Source of the DNA: the human T2T-CHM13v2.0 reference genome, Homo sapiens
Length of the DNA stretch: 64,000 nt
Reading direction: 5' to 3' (one strand)
NCBI RefSeq assembly: GCF_009914755.1
Contig: NC_060928.1
Shown here: positions 1-15,756 of the stretch, piece by piece
How positions within the stretch are numbered: the first letter of the stretch is position 1
How the letters are laid out: every line of letters begins with the position of its first letter
Notes under the pieces: generated by a model
The model's database searches: none
What the model was told of the DNA's origin: nothing
Seen by the model: the letters and a program-made list of their open reading frames with translations, nothing else
Made by a program: the position numbers and the translations under genes

Positions 1-523
1 TCCTACCTGGCCAGGCTGCAAATGTTTCAACTTTTATGCTCTGCTTCCCTTTTAAATATAAGTTCCAGTTTCAGATCATCTCTTTGCTCACTCATATAAG
101 TGTATGTGGTTCAAAGCAGCCAGGCTACATATTGAATGCTTTGCTGCTTAGGAATTTCTTCTACCAGATACTCTAAATCATCTCTCTCAAGTCCAAAGTT
201 CCACAGATACCAAGAGCAGGGGCACAATGCCTCCAGTCTCTTTGATAAAGCATAACAGGAGTTATCTTTGCTCCAGTTCCCAATAAGTCCCTCATATCCA
301 TCTGAGACCCCCTCAGCCTAGACTTAATTGTCCCTATCACTATCAGCATTTTGGTCACAACCATTCAACAAGACTCTATGAAGTTCCAAACTTTCCCTCA
401 CTTTCTTATCTTCTTCTGAGTCCTCCAAACTCTTCCAGTCTCTGACCATTACCCAGTTACAAAGCTGCTTCCACATTTGCAGGTATCTCTATAGCAATGC
501 CCCACTTCTCGGTACTAATTCTC
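1..523 (-). mobile_element. MaLR (MST/THE1-type) internal region, 5' part
   Basis: Typical MST/THE1-int sequence abutting the LTR; on the - strand it begins GAGAATTAGTACC directly after the LTR end. Confidence 0.85.
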
Positions 524-908
524 TGTATTAGTCCGTTCTTACATTGCTATAAAGAACTACCTGAGGCTGGATAATTTATAAAGAAAATAGGTTTAATTGA
601 CTCACAGTCCCACAGTCTGTACAGGAAGCATGGCAGTGGTGGCCTCAGGAAACTTATAATGATGGTGGAAGGCAAAGGGGAAGCAGGCACATCTTACATG
701 GCAAGAGAAGAAGAAAGAGAGAGATAAGAAGGAAGTGCTATACACTTTTAAACAACCAGATCTCCTGAGAATTCACTCAGTATCGGAGAACAGCAAGGGG
801 GAAGTCTGCCCCCATGATTCAATCACCTCCCAGCAGGCCCCTCCTCCAACACTGTGGATTAAAATTTGACCTGAAATTTTGGACAAACACAGAGCCAAAC
901 CATATCAG
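524..908 (-). mobile_element. MST-family MaLR LTR (5' LTR of an element continuing off-window)
   Basis: tgtattagtccgttct...agccaaaccatatca is the reverse complement of the TGATATGGTTTGGCT...ACTAATACA MST termini. Confidence 0.9.
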
Positions 909-1377
909 AGGTGGTTTAATTCCTTTCCCTTTGACTCTGGACTGGACCCACAACTTTCTTGGACCACTGGAACACAACAGAAGTGACATTATACAACTTA
1001 TTAGGTTGAGCCATTAGAGATCTGCCATTTTTGCTTTAACTTGATTAGAAAGTTCCTTCTTGGAACTCACTCATCATGCAAAGAGAATGTAGGAAAGTTA
1101 TATGGAGGACATCCAAAGTGCTCCTATTGACTGCCCCAGCTAAGCGTTCAGTCAACAGCTGGTGCCAACTACCAGCCATGTTATGTGAGCCATCTTATGT
1201 GTTCCCGTCTTTGAAACTCCTACTGACTATAGCCCCAGGAAGCAATAGGTGAAGCAGAAGACCCACTCAATTCAGTCCAGTCAACTCCCCCAAAAATAAG
1301 ATATAGTAAACGTGATTGTTCTTTAGAACCACTAAATTGTAAAATGGGTTGCTATACAAAAGCAGAAACTGAAACAG
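909..1377 (+). mobile_element. Old MLT1-type MaLR LTR fragment, interrupted by the MST element
   Basis: MLT1-like motifs (ccagccatgttatgtgagccatctt), 3' end ...gcagaaactgaaaca. Confidence 0.6.
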
Positions 1378-1399
1378 AAGACAAAGGTTCAACTCTGAT

Positions 1400-1615
1400 T
1401 TTAAATGAATAATGACTTCGGAGTCAGACAGCTTTTGATCCCTGAACTGGCAGGTGTTGTATGACCTTGGCCAATTCACAATTCATTCCATTTGTCTGAG
1501 TCTCAGTTTCAATAGAAATCACTTCATAAGATTGTTGTGAGAAGTGAAAAGAAGAGTTCCTGCAAAGTACTTACACGGTGACTGGAACTTAATAAAAGTT
1601 CTGTAAATGTTGGCT
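1400..1615 (+). mobile_element. MIR SINE
   Basis: ggagtcagac...tgaccttggcc...tctgagtctcagtttc core. Confidence 0.65.
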
Positions 1616-3544
1616 GTTGCCGTGTTGTTGCTGTTGATATTGATGGTAACTTTGTCTGTAGAAAATATTATATATGAAGTTTCACTCTGCTGAGGACTTC
1701 TGGTGTTAAGCAGGGGATGGAGAAATGAAAAAGCATAGGATCAGAAGGGCTTATGTCCAGAAACATATTTCAAAGGATATCTTTTAAATAAAAGCAATAT
1801 TTTTGCATGTAAAGGCAATTTAGAAATTGAGTCTATAAAGCTATGACTTATTTTTCATAAATTGAATTTTTAGAAAAAGTATATTATACCATGCCTCCTT
1901 TTCCAGAAATATTCAAATACATGCATTTATTATGATGTTGTTATGAAGTCTGAATACCTATAGGTAGTTGACTATCTACAGTTTGCAATAATAATAGAAT
2001 TGGCATTACTACTTACTTAATAAAAAGAGTTGTTTTGGTTATTTAACATAAAACTGAAGTTATCCCAGAAATATGTTGTAAATCATAGGAGTCGTACACA
2101 TGTCACAATAATATTTCCTGATATGCCCCATTGCATTCTTCATTTCTCAGATTAAATTTTACTTTCTGACAAGAACTTCCATTTGAACTGGATAGTCATA
2201 AAACCCTTTCCTTTCTTATTTATATTTTAAAAATTTCCCAGTGGTATTCTCTAATTAGTTCTAAATTTTGACATCTCATTCAGAATGGCTTTTCTTTGTC
2301 CTTAAGGGAAAATTGATATTGGATTGATACTAATAGCTAGTATCTATTTGTGTATCCAAACAAGTATATGTTTGACCAACTGCATATTGTAAACCACTAA
2401 TTTCAGTTGCAATGAGTCAAACTCCTAATTTCCTCCACATCAATCCTTTACAGCTCAGCAGGACATGTCTCTTCTCTCAAGACCATTACAGATTTAATTT
2501 ATCCAGTAAGGAAGGGCAGTCATTCTGATACATGATTATGAAAAATTATGCTACTGCTTCCTACTGATCTATCCACAAAACCACATGGGCATCTCCCTCA
2601 GTGTTATTTCCTTAAAGCTCTCCTATGCTTGACTAGTTTCTATAGGGTTCATGATATTAATATAAACTTAGCACAGTTCCAACATATCATAAAAAAAGCA
2701 AAAGAAAGCAAATTAAGCAAAATTAAATCTCATTTATAAACATGACTAAAGAGAACACACATATTAAAATTTATCCAGCAGTTTCTAAAGACACTATCTT
2801 ATTTAGTGTAGATTAAAGGTAGCTAAAACACTCAAGCTCAGTCAGGTCAGTTTGTTCAGTTCTTTCTCTTAGAATTGACCTACTCGGAAACATTTTGATC
2901 AATTTAAAAGCTACCTTCAAATTCCTATTTTCCTAATTAAATGAATCAACAGAAAAAAATATGACAGTAAACATCTCAGAATTTGCTGCAGTATTTTTTA
3001 AACATTAAACAGGAAATCCTCACAACATCAGAAATATAAGAAAATTCACTTTAATGATAAGGATACAAAGATAAGATAATTGGCTAATGCCAGCTATCAG
3101 ATTAATAATTAATGACTAAAATAAAATGTATGCTTTTAGATTCTCAATCACTAGACTTGTGTTTATGCATCTTAACATTATTTTTTAAATCTTATATGGC
3201 ATATATGAGTTATATCATTTGGAAAGTATTATGAGGATACTGGAAGAGAATTTCTTCAGTTTATCCAGGCTGTGATGGAAGCAGAACTCACAAATCAATC
3301 CTACTGGTAATTTCACAGTGAATATCTTTACAATAATATAATGCTTTCCATGCAAGGTAGAATCATAGTAAGTGCAACTTAGATGTCAGACCAAAGCCAC
3401 AGCCTCACGGCAAATAAATAATTCCTATTGCATTTCCAGGCTTCCTTGTTCAGTAGAGACTCAACCAAGGACTACATGAGCTAAGTTGTCCATCAACAGC
3501 TGGGTGTCATAAGATTTACCCACCATAAAGATAGGCATGACCAG

Positions 3545-4097
3545 TGATGAGCTTCAGGACACGCTACCCCAAAATATGACACTTTGGTATATTCAGTATT
3601 TTAAGTGGATGGAATTTGAGAAATCAAATGTGAAAAGGTCTCTGTGACTTGCTCCCACCTTTCTTCCCTGAAGGTCATAAAACCTAGGAAGTCTTTTCTA
3701 ACTTTCCCCTGATGCAGGTCATAAGATTCTCAAGTTAGAGATACCTTATTTATATCCAGAGGAAAGGAGTATCATTATCTCTGGAGAAAGAGGGACACAG
3801 AAACCTAAATGAACAAGCCTTGCTAAATTTCTTCCAGTTTCTTACCTTTAGCTCATACCCACTTTGTCCCCTGATACTTCTCCATGACACTCTACTTTTC
3901 ATCAAACAGTCTAAAAAAGCCACCTAGGTTTAACTGTTTATTCAGTCTTCAGTTCTTTATGAAGGACACAGTGTCACATAAAATTTATATTAAGTAAATT
4001 TGTATGCTTTCCTTTTGTTAATCTGTATTTTCTTAAAGGGGACTCATTCAATGAACCTAAGATGGGTAGAAGGAAAAGATACATTCCCTCCCCTACA
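3545..4097 (+). mobile_element. ERV1-class solo LTR
   Basis: TG...CA termini (tgatgagcttcaggacacgctaccccaaaatatg ... ctcccctaca) flanked by 4-bp TSD ccag/ccag. Confidence 0.75.
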
Positions 4098-4959
4098 CCA
4101 GCAACATATTAATACCAAGTGGAAGTAGTATATAAAGAATAGAAACCTAGAATGTCCTGCAGGCACAGCTAAATTGCATGAGGAACTGGCTCACATTCTC
4201 AGTTCTACCTATTCTGGCTGCATTGCAGCCTCTCTCTCAAATCACAACTATGGCTCCAAATTCAAACACAGCTTAAGGATGGTGTCGCATGTTGATACCA
4301 TCCAGATACAAACAGCAGTCTCATCATATTTAGGTGGCATTAAAGGACAGTGGAGAAGGAAATCTTTTCCAGTAGGCAGAATTTCAAACAATACATTTGG
4401 TTGTCCATTTTACCTTCAGGAGAAATGACCTGAGACATAGATTGAAGGAGGAAAGATGAGACAGATTGGAGGAAAGATGGTCCTCTTTCCATGTCCTTGG
4501 TAGGTAGAGATTGGGAAATTGGCCTATAAATGACCACTAAGATTCTTCTTGCCGAGGCTTTGAAATGTGAAATACGAGAAAGCTATGCAAAGATACAAAG
4601 TTCAGCTAGAAATTATTTGTGCCACCTGTGGTAGAGTCAAGTATAACAAGGACAGCAGCAGCAGCAGCAATAAGAATCAGCTGAAGATAGAATGAATGGT
4701 AGCATTCCAACTAGGCAATCTCTCTGGGTTGTTCTGCTCACATTGGTCCTTGTCCAAGTCTTGTTTTAGAAAGTACTCTTAAATTTCATCATCTTGCAGA
4801 ATCCTTTCTAAAAATTATTATTTTATTCAAAACAACCAGAGTTAATGTTTTGAAATTAAGATGTATGGTGCATTGTCTTTTGCCTCTGTGTATAAATAAT
4901 ATAAAAACTGTTTAATTCACCAAGTCACAGATTCTTGAAGTGAACATTAGTTTTTCCTA

Positions 4960-5403
4960 TGCCCATATGTGCACTTCTTTGTAAAATCCAGTTTTAGCAT
5001 GATTCCTGAAAAGTTATTTTAGCAAGAACCCCCAACTCTTGGTATCTTATCACCCTAGACATCTGTTTTGTGTCCTTATCCTCCACCATCCTCCAGGTAA
5101 TGTCTGATCATTGTGGCCTATGTCCAACAAGAATCATATTAGGTAAGTTTAGCTAGATTTTCCTCTTACCCGTAATGTTTCCTTTTGGTAATTATCCATC
5201 CACCAACAACAACCTAACTACTTAGCTTGAAATTTCCATTTGATCATGCTATATTTGGAATTGAGCCCAACCTCCCTCTACTCCTGATAAATCCCATTGC
5301 AATGGTCCCTAGACCCATGGCAGTAGTCCTCCCTCCCCACAGACACACCTTGAATAATGTCTGCCTTATCATCTTTAAAAAGCATAATAATTTTATTTTA
5401 ACA
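4960..5403 (+). mobile_element. MER31-like ERV1 LTR fragment
   Basis: Repeated ttttagcaagaa(c/t)c motifs, ttggaattgagcccaacctc, 3' end ...ttttaaca. Confidence 0.55.
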
Positions 5404-7624
5404 CAAGAAGCATATTTTATGAGTTTAATGCTGAGACTATTGAAAAAAGAAAAATATCTTTACTTCTAATGTATGAATATCTATATACAGAGATTTGTGT
5501 TTCAGAGCTAAATTGACATTCTATGATTACATTTTATGCATAAGATAGCCACAACAGTTAATAACAAATTTATATATATTGAAATGCACTAAAATATTAT
5601 TTGCATGTTTTTGCTTATAATGTGAAAAAAATTGAAAGTTATTAGAAAATTTCTAAAATGTTGAAAGAATCATATACTAATTGGTACTTGGTAGCTGAGA
5701 TTGATAATTTTTTTTCTAAGAGGAAATATGAAGATTTTTCAGAACATTATTGCACTTGAAATAGAATGCAAATTAAAATTTAATCCATACATTTTAATTG
5801 GTTTTAACACAAGAAGTAGTCTAAGTATACTAATGTGGCAGGACTGTGAAATAATCAGTAAGCTTTTAAAAATGCATAATTGGAAAGCAATAATAAATAA
5901 TGTTTACTTTGTTTTGAATACTCTATGAACTATAATTACTGCTTCTGTTTATTCATGTCTGGCTCAAAAACATAAATCAACTTAAGGCCAAGTAGGCTGC
6001 TTTCTTTTTCTTTTGATCTTTTGGGGAGTTTTTTATATTTTTTGTTTTTGAATTTTTGCAGGGGGCAGAATTTCTCCTTTACTCTTAAGCTGGAAGAAGA
6101 CCCTACTAAACCCACACATGAAAAACATAATTTAAAACTTAAGTTCATCATTTGCCATTTGAATTATTATAATTAAGCATGTTAAATTGTCCATTGCTTC
6201 AATGTCTGAGTTTTTCTGTGTTCAGAGTACTCAAATATGAATACTGAAAATATTTTTTACCACTGAGACAATAAAGAAAGTATCATCAAATGGAGCAAGT
6301 GACTGAAAGGAACTGTGGTCACTACAAATGTCAATGAAGCCAGAAATAGTCCTTTAAAAACCAGCTATGCTGCCAATGAATGCAGAAATGGCACAGCTTA
6401 TGAGTCATTGACATAATCAACATAATAGTATAATACTAATCAATTAATACCACAGCTAGGATATTCCAGCATTTTAATTCATTTTGACATGTTCAATTTA
6501 ACAGACCACATTCTATGTCTGTAGAGATAAATTATTTGTATTACCAAAATTGTTTATATTTTTCTACCTTTTTAAAAAAGTAAAAGTGATTTAAAGCGGT
6601 CATTTGAACTTTACTCTGTTCTTAAATACAGGACTGGGGAGCAGGGAAGCATTAGAAATAATAAAGAACATTCTCTTTTTCCAATCTCCAAACACATATT
6701 TAATCGGCATAATGTAACTGATGGATGTCCTCCACAAAAATATCTAGAGGTGATGGACCATGCCCAAGTTGCTCACAGGGCACTTAATAAATGAGGACAA
6801 GAGAGAGAAAGAAACAGAGGCAGAATAAGAAAGCATTTCAGATGGAGTAAGTTGTAGCTTTTTTTAAAGTAGAGACATAAAAATGTCAGAATTATTTTTA
6901 ACTGTTTCATATATAAATATGTAATAATGTCTCAGTATCTCAAAAGAAATAATGCAACTTAAAAACACTCAGGTCTGAATTTATGTACTGATTTTTTCTA
7001 ATCCAGAATCTAAATTAAAACAAGCCTCAACTCTGATTACATACTGATGCAAATTAGTTTGCCAGAGTTATCATGATAAAATATATGCTTATACAAATCC
7101 ATAGGCACATATTGATACTACCTAACATGCTACCCCAATTGGTATTGGTATTGTGTAAATATTCAATTTACAATTAAAATTATAAAAAGACAACAGCTTC
7201 TGCCAGGCTCTTCCCAGTTCACACTAAAATACCTATGAAAAAATATTTTTAAAATCATGAAAACTTACTTTTTTGAAAATAAAACTATTGCTGCTTTATA
7301 AGTAGTTTACCTTAATTAAAATGTCTAATAATTTCATGAAGAAAAAAATATCCAGTGTTCTTTTAAATCTAGGAGGGATCAGCTTCACAAACAGCAAAGT
7401 AGAAACATGGTTTTCCCTTCCTTCACTGCATGCTTAGAAACCAGAAACCCTTAAGCTATAACAGCCACACTTTAAAAGCTGACAGTGTTCCATTACTGTA
7501 GATTGTTAATTTCTAAAGAATCCTATCTTTTATCATTAATCCTCTGTTTTCCATGTCATGAAGACATATGACTGCTTTGACATTCAAAATATTTTAGATT
7601 AAAACAGAAATTGGGTATTGGCAG

Positions 7625-8178
7625 TGTGTTTTCTATTGCTGCTATTAACAAATTACTATCAACTTAGTGCCTTAAAACACAAATTTAATATCTTACAGTT
7701 CTGGAGTTCAGAAGTCTGACAAAGGTCTCATTGGACTAAAATTGAGGAGTTGGCAAGGCAGCATTCCTTTATGGACACTCTAGGGAAAATCTATTTCATG
7801 GCCAGTTCCAGCTCTTAGAGTTTGCCTAGGTTCCTTGGTTTGTGGTTTGCTTCTATCTACAAAGTGAGTAATGGCAGGTTGAATATTTGCACTGTATCAC
7901 TCTAACCTCACTTCCATCATTGCATCTACTTTTCTGACTCAGGCTCTGACACTTTTGCCTACTACTTCCACATTTAAATGATCTTTTTGATCCCATTGGA
8001 CCCATTAGTATAATCAAGATAATCCTATTTTAAGGTCGAAAGACTAGCAACTATAATTCCATCTATAATGTTAATTCTCCCTTGCCATGTAACCTAACAT
8101 ATCCACAGGTTCTAAACATTCAGACATAGACATATTTGCAGGGAAGGGTTGGGCGGGGGTGGGATTATTCTGCCTACC
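7625..8178 (-). mobile_element. MLT1-type MaLR LTR
   Basis: attgctgct...acaaattac...cttaaaacac, cttacagttctggag and attctgcctacca hallmarks of MLT1 in reverse orientation. Confidence 0.8.
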
Positions 8179-10197
8179 AAGCACTATAATATTGTTTGCT
8201 GGAAACTATTAAGAAACTATATAATGGACACAAACTGAAATGCTGGGAAGAGTAAAATCTGCAGACTATATTTTCCAGGTACTCTAACAATGTATTATAG
8301 AAGTAATACATGGGATATAAGTAATCTGCCTCAGGCCAGCAAAGCCATAAGAGATATATGACAATGTAATACTGACATGAAGCTGTGAACAAAATGTCCA
8401 TCAGCATGGTACACTAAGCTAATTAGAAAAGCACTCCCACAGTCTGAATGCAAACATATAGGTACTGTGGATAAAATTTAACATAAAAATGTTTTAAAAA
8501 ACATAGCTGAATTCAAAAAGAGAAAAAGAAAAATGGAAAGAAATTTTTTTAAAAAGAAGTAAAGAAGTAAGAGGAAAAACAAAATTAGCACAGGCCAGAA
8601 GTACAGGGGAAATTGAAAGCCTCTGCTTGTGAGAGGGAGTTGATGGTCTAAGAAGATCTGAGTTCATGCATCAGCCTTAGAAGTCCCTGAAATGTGCTCA
8701 TAAAGATGGGAAGCACTACCTTGAACTAGCATGAGGTGGTAGGCTGAATCTGAGAGACGTATATCATACTCCAAAGTGGTATTTTCCTGATTTAAAAAAA
8801 ATTTAAAAGGTGTAAAAACTACTTCGATGCCTTCTCCTGCCTCTTACTTAGGCGAGTAGGTGTTTAAAAATATACCTGAAAAAACTTACATCTTGATCCA
8901 TGCACAGTGTGAAGTCTGAATTTGGAATATATTTTTGATGCTGAAATCTTAATCTATGAAATTAAAATAAAATCAGTCTGGGAAAGGTGAGACAACTAAG
9001 GACTTCAGCAAAAAGAAAAAAGAAAAAAACTTTTTACCAAAGTTCGTACAATCCAAAGAACAACAGGCTACCTAAAGTAAAATATCCAAAAAAAAAAAAA
9101 ATTCAACATCTACTTTAAGGAATGAAACACTAGGAGAGTTTGTCATTAGACACAGCCATCAGGTTATTTAGAGATCCCATGACTCTAAATTGTAAAAAAC
9201 ATGAGATTATGAAATAAATATGTTTTAAATAATTAGTAAGAAATAAATACCTTAAAGAAAAAGGACACTATAAGAAAGTGATTTTTAAAATATATAACTT
9301 CAAAAATAAAAATATATTTGTTATTAAAAATGAAATTCAACAGATAATTAAAATAATAGACTTATTTTTTGAAAGAAAAAATTTGTGACCTGAATGTTCC
9401 AAAAGACATAATCACCCAGAATAAATTGCAGAAGGTTATATATAGAAAACTGTTGAGACTGAAATACCATCATCTTTAGCAGAATAAAAAGAAATAAATC
9501 TACAATCAATATATTCCTCTTCTGAACAGAATGTAATAGCTTTCAGTACTACTATTACCAAAAACAAAAGGAAAAGCCAAGCAAAATGGAAAAAAAAAAT
9601 TCTTAAAGAAAATCAGAAAGTTTCAGAAGCCTGAAGGACAAGTGGTGCCAACATTCTGAAGAGAAGAATATCATAGAAAATTGAGCTGACATTCTACATA
9701 TACATTTTTCCAAGAGGTATTTACCAAAAATGGGCACAGCAAGAGATTGAAAATCCAGGCTTAGCTGAGACAGAACCACTACTGAGGAACAAAAAGACAT
9801 CAGAAGAACTTTAGGCAGTCTCCAGTGCTAGAGATAAAGTTGGAGATTTGAGCAGCATAAAACAAGCTGTCAGATTTACCTTTATTGCTCAAAATCTGAT
9901 GTGACAAGAGGTAGAAGGTTACAAAGCTAAGTTGAATGCACACTGAAAGAAGGGAGCTTTCTACCATCAGTTAACACTGAAGAGTCAAAGACTTATCTTT
10001 AGGATCCAGCTAAGAAAAGGTCCCAGGGAATATTCCAGACTTTTGTTGCAATTTGTTGCAATTCCTAACTAGCTATCCCCAAGGAAAATGGCTAAAGGGA
10101 GAGAAGGGAACCCTTAAAAAACATAACCTTACCTCAATCCAGTTCGACCCTGATTAATTTAAGGTAACATTTCTTAAAACGTCATCTGCATATGTGA

Positions 10198-10605
10198 AAA
10201 ATATTTTCATCATAATACTAAGATGCTATTTATCTTTTCCATTTTGTTGACATCTGCACTGATGGTCCAAAAGCAATGGTGGTTAAAAGTGTTGGTGCCA
10301 TAACACAAACTAAAGCGCTGGCACCAAGCTGCACTAGCACTCATATTGCACTCTGCTTCACAGCTTGGACCCACAATTAAAATCCCCACACAGTTTTTTA
10401 AAATGCCAATTTCACATATGACAAAGAAGTAAAAAGTATTAATTTTATTAAATCTCGACCATTAAAAATATATTTCTTTATGATGATAATGTAATCATAA
10501 GTAAAGCAATTCTGCCCTTTTCTAAAAATTAGGGTATTAACTTCAGAAAAAACAGTCGTGTGTTTTTGAATTGTAAGCTGGACTGGATACGCTTTTCCCA
10601 TGGGA
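10198..10605 (+). mobile_element. hAT-Charlie1 family DNA transposon fragment
   Basis: attttcatcataatactaagatgctattt...tgcactgatggtccaaaagcaatggtgg; similar to the 5' part of the element at 28.9 kb. Confidence 0.6.
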
Positions 10606-12794
10606 CATTCAACATAACTGTTGAATGGAAACCTAAAATGAAGAGGTCAAGTGAATGAAGCAGGAGCAATATTTGAAGAGATAATGACCAAATTTTTTTC
10701 TAAATTGGATGTAATAAAGAATGTATCACTGGTAAGAAAAATAAAATAATAAAAAATGTAATTCATACAAAAGAAAGACAGTATAAAGACAGACAAAAGT
10801 GGAATAAGTAGAAAACATACAATAAACCAATAGATATACATTTAAATATATCACTTCTTATATTTAATACAAAGAAAATAAGTACTCCAATTAAATACAA
10901 TATTTTCAAACTGAGATAAAAATTCCCATATATCTGCTGCTTTTAACAGACATGACTTAAAACTAAGAAAACAAGACTGAATATAAAATGATGTTAAAAA
11001 TAAAACCATAAACAAGCACAAAAAGATGGTGTGAAACAAAAAGAACAGAAAATGTAGATTCTAAGATTGAAATCATTAGTACATGCAAAGAGGGCCATAT
11101 CATAATGATAACATGGTCAGTCCACAAAAAGATATAACAGTTATAATTATATTAGCACCTTGTAATATAGCTTTAAAATGCTGAACCAATAATTGGCAGT
11201 AATAAATGAAGAAATGGGTAAATTCAGAATCAAAGGATTCAGAGACATATACGATTGTCATATATATTGACATACGATAAATGACATCAACATATTGACA
11301 TAAACAGAAAGCTGTACCATACAATGACAGACTTTAATTCTTTTCAAGTGCATATAAAATAATTACCAAAATTGATAATTTTCTTGATTCTTTAGAAAGG
11401 CTTAATGTGTTTCAAAAGATTTAAATTATTTAGAGAATATTCTCTTACCACAGTGAAATTAAGCAAGAAATCAGTACAAAATACTAACTAGAATATCCCC
11501 AAATGCCCTAAAGAATGCATAGATTGAAGAAGAAATCACTACAGAAATTAAAAAGTATTTTAATTGAAACCTAACTGAGATAGAACCTTTCCAGTTTTGT
11601 AAGAGGCAGTTAAAGCAGAACTTAAAGGAACACTCAGACCTTTAAACACATATAAAAGAATGAAAGTTGAAAATAAATGATTTATCTATGCTTCCATCTC
11701 AAGATGGCAGAAAAGCAGCATGAAATCTTACCAAAGAAAATAGAAAGGAGGAATTAATAAACATAAAAGTAAAATCAGGGAAATATAAAATAAATGTACA
11801 ATAGAGAAAGTCATCTCAGATGAAAGATTTTTTATTTGAAAATATGAATTTTTAACAATTTTTAACGAGTTATTTGCAGAACTAGTCCAGAAAATAGAAA
11901 TAAAGAGACCAATATCAATTTAAATGAAGAGAACATTATAGATCCTGTAAAGATTAAGAGATAACCTAAGAATATTGTAAACTTTAATAAATTTGAAAAT
12001 ATAAATGAAATGGTAGTACGCCTTGGAAAACACAACTTAGAAAAAAACTAGAATACTAGATCTAGCATGTTTAAAGAAACTGAATCCATTTCTAACACTT
12101 TCTACAAATAAAACTTCATGCACAAAAAGCTCCACTAGTCAAATCCAAATATTGAAGAAGGAAATAGCATCAATTTTATATAAACTCTTCTAGAAGACAA
12201 CGAAAGAAATAAGTATTTCCAACATGTCGCAAATTGCAAACAAAAACCTGAAAAGGGCATTATAAGAAAGAAAAATTACAGAACCACCTCTCTCATTAGC
12301 ACAAATGGTAATACTCTAAAGAAAATATCTGTAAATTGAATCAAACAATGAAAGAGAAAAATAACATCACAACCAAGTGGGTTCTATTCCATCCATGCTA
12401 AGTGTGTTTAGCATTTGAAAGTTACAGATTTTGGTACATAAACAATGAAAATATTATCCCAATCGATTTTTAAATGATTTGATATTATTCAAAAATCATT
12501 ATTTATTAAAAAGAAAACTTTTGGAAAGTAAATCTTATTCTTAATAATGAATTTTTAAAAGACTTAATCCTGAGATTAGGAGGAATACAAAGATTCTCAC
12601 TAACCAAAATTTGTTCAGCACTACACAAGAGGTGGTAGACAACTGCAACCAGACAAGAAAAGGTTTAAACAATGGCAGTTAAGGAAGTTGGAAATTTTTA
12701 AAATATGTATGAAAACTTTCATTATTTACAGGTGACATGACTATTATTGCAGAACCTCTAAAAGTATTTTCAAAATATTAAAATTAATAAGTCA

Positions 12795-12925
12795 GGCCAG
12801 GTGCTGTGGCTCACACCTGTAATCCCAACACTGTGGTAGGCCGAGGCAGGTGAATCACTTGAGCCTATGAGTTTGAGACCAGCACAGGTAACATAGTGAA
12901 ACCAGTCTCAAAAGAAAAAAAAAAA
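12795..12925 (+). mobile_element. Alu left monomer (FLAM-like)
   Basis: ggccaggtgctgtggctcacacctgtaatccc, A-tail, TSD aataagt. Confidence 0.85.
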
Positions 12926-13805
12926 TAAGTGAGTTTAGCTAGGTTTCAGGATGCAAATCCAACATATTACAACCAATAGTGCCTTTCTATAGAACACATG
13001 CAATTATAAAAAAAATAAAAATTTTAAATATAATACAATTTTAATAGCATAAAAATCAAATATCTAAAAGTAAATGTGCAAACCAGTACACTGAAAACTT
13101 CATGAGATTAATGATAGGTATCAGTCAAAATGTTAACTAGAAGAATATAGCACATTCATGAATTGGAAGTGTATTTTAATAATATAAATTTCCCCAAATT
13201 CATGTATAGCTTTTATGCCATCCTAATCAGGATCCAAGTTGGTGCCTGTGTGGGTACTTGTGTGTCTACATAGAAGTTGGCAAACTGTTTCCAAAGTATA
13301 TATAGGAATGTAAAGAGCCAAGAGTAACAAAGACAATCTCAGAGGAGAAAGCTGGAGAACCTACATTACCAGGTATCAAGACTTATTATTAACTACTACA
13401 ATTTACAAACTGTTTTATTGACAAGCCTAAAAAATATTTTAAAAGTGTTTAAATAGGGTCTAGAAACAGATACCATGCAAGGTCATATAATAATAAAGCA
13501 ACGGCGCAATACATTAGGTAAGGAAGATAATTCTAAAAATGGTGCTGAATCAACTAGGCAGTCACATTAAAAATGAATCTTAACACCTCATATCATAAAC
13601 AAAAGTCAACTGCAGATGGTCTATAGATCTAAATATAGAAGGAAAGCAACAAGGATTTTATTAGAAAGTATAGGCAACTATACTTCTGATCTTGGTTATC
13701 AAGGATTTCTTATGAAAGAAAAATAATAATAATATAAAAAAATGGTACCTTGGGTTACATTAAAATTTATTTGGTCAAAATACACTATTGAGAATGGAAA
13801 AAAGT

Positions 13806-14110
<305 letters not shown>

Positions 14111-15756
14111 TTAAAATCAATACATCTTCAATATTTATGTCAAATATTTATTTTTGTTGGATATATATTTGTTATATCCAGCAAAAACATAAATGAAATA
14201 AAGACAAACTCTTAAAAATCAATATGAAAAAGTAGAAAACAAAAGGGAAAAACACAGACTCTTCAAAAAAAATCCAAGTGACAAATTTATATATATGAAA
14301 AATGCTGAAATTCGTTAGTCATAGTTATTAAAGAGATGCAAAGTAAAACAGGTTGCAATACCACTGTATATCCACCATAATATTAAAATGAAAAACGAAA
14401 CAAATTTCAAGTGTTAGCAGGTGTATAGTGTATAGAGAAATTTGACCTCTCATATGCTGCTGATGGAAGTGCAAACTAGTACTATTTATAAAATAGTTAG
14501 GCTGTAGTTCCATAGGTTAACCCACACATGCACTGCGATTCCATTATTACCATTCTACATATATATCTACAGAAATTTAAAAACTTATTTGTCAAAAGAT
14601 ATACAACATATATTCATAGTATTAATATTTATCATAAATTTGGAAAATAATTCTAATGTCCATCAATAAAACAATTAAGAAATAGTGGCATATTCAAGCA
14701 ATGGACTGCTATATGGCAAGGAAAATGAACTATTAAATCTTTGTGCTACAACATGAATATATCTCACAAACAATGCTGAGAGAAAGAATCAAGACACACA
14801 AAAAGATGGCTGTAGAGTTTCATACATAGAAAAGAAGCAACAGCAGCAATAGTAACCTCTGATGTAAGAAGTCAGCATAAAGATTACTCTTTGGAATTGA
14901 CAGTGACTCCAAAAGGGTCAGCGTAATGTGGAACACTTCTGGAATGCTGGTGAAGTTCTGTTTCTGCATCCGGTGGTGGTTCCACAAACGTGCTTTTCTC
15001 GTGTGAAAATTCGAGACTAACATTTAAATTTGGTGTACTTTTTCTCGAAGTATATCATAGTTCAGTAAACATTTATACCAAACAACTTAAAGATAAAATA
15101 CAAGTTACAATTAATAAATATCCGTATTTGAAATCATATTATTTCAATAAATGTAATTTTATGCATTTATTTTTAAATTTTAATTAAATATTAATGTGTA
15201 TTTTATAAGACAATGTTATTTGCAATTTAAATGTTCAATGGTCATTTCATTGTCAATGATTTTACCTGTCTTTCATGTTTTGTGTAGAGGACACATACAC
15301 AATTTCAAGATAATTTCAACTGTTGAGAGTTGCAAAATGTTTCTTTTTTTGCTTTGTGTAACATTAGTGAATGTGTAACTCTAAACCATGAATTGCAGCC
15401 CCAAAAGAAAGAAGGTCTGTACTATTTAACTTGATATGCCATTGTGCAAAACCTATTGCTCTGGTCCTTTCTGAAGGAAAGATTTGTCAAGTTAATTAAT
15501 GTGTCTTCTATTTTTCCTTTGCACTTCTGCTTCTCAGATCCTCCTTGTGCTCAAGAGCAAAGTCCATATCCAACAAAGGGAGCAGCCCAATCTATACATT
15601 TCATAATGAATGTGGTCACCTTTTTGGTTTAAAACATAGGCCAAGAGATGTGAAGAATGTTTTTCTGGAATCTGAAAGGTGTAGCAAAGTATCTGTCTAG
15701 TGCAATGGGTTGTCATATGGCAGCAGTGGGAGCTGTATTCCGCCAGCAGATGTGCC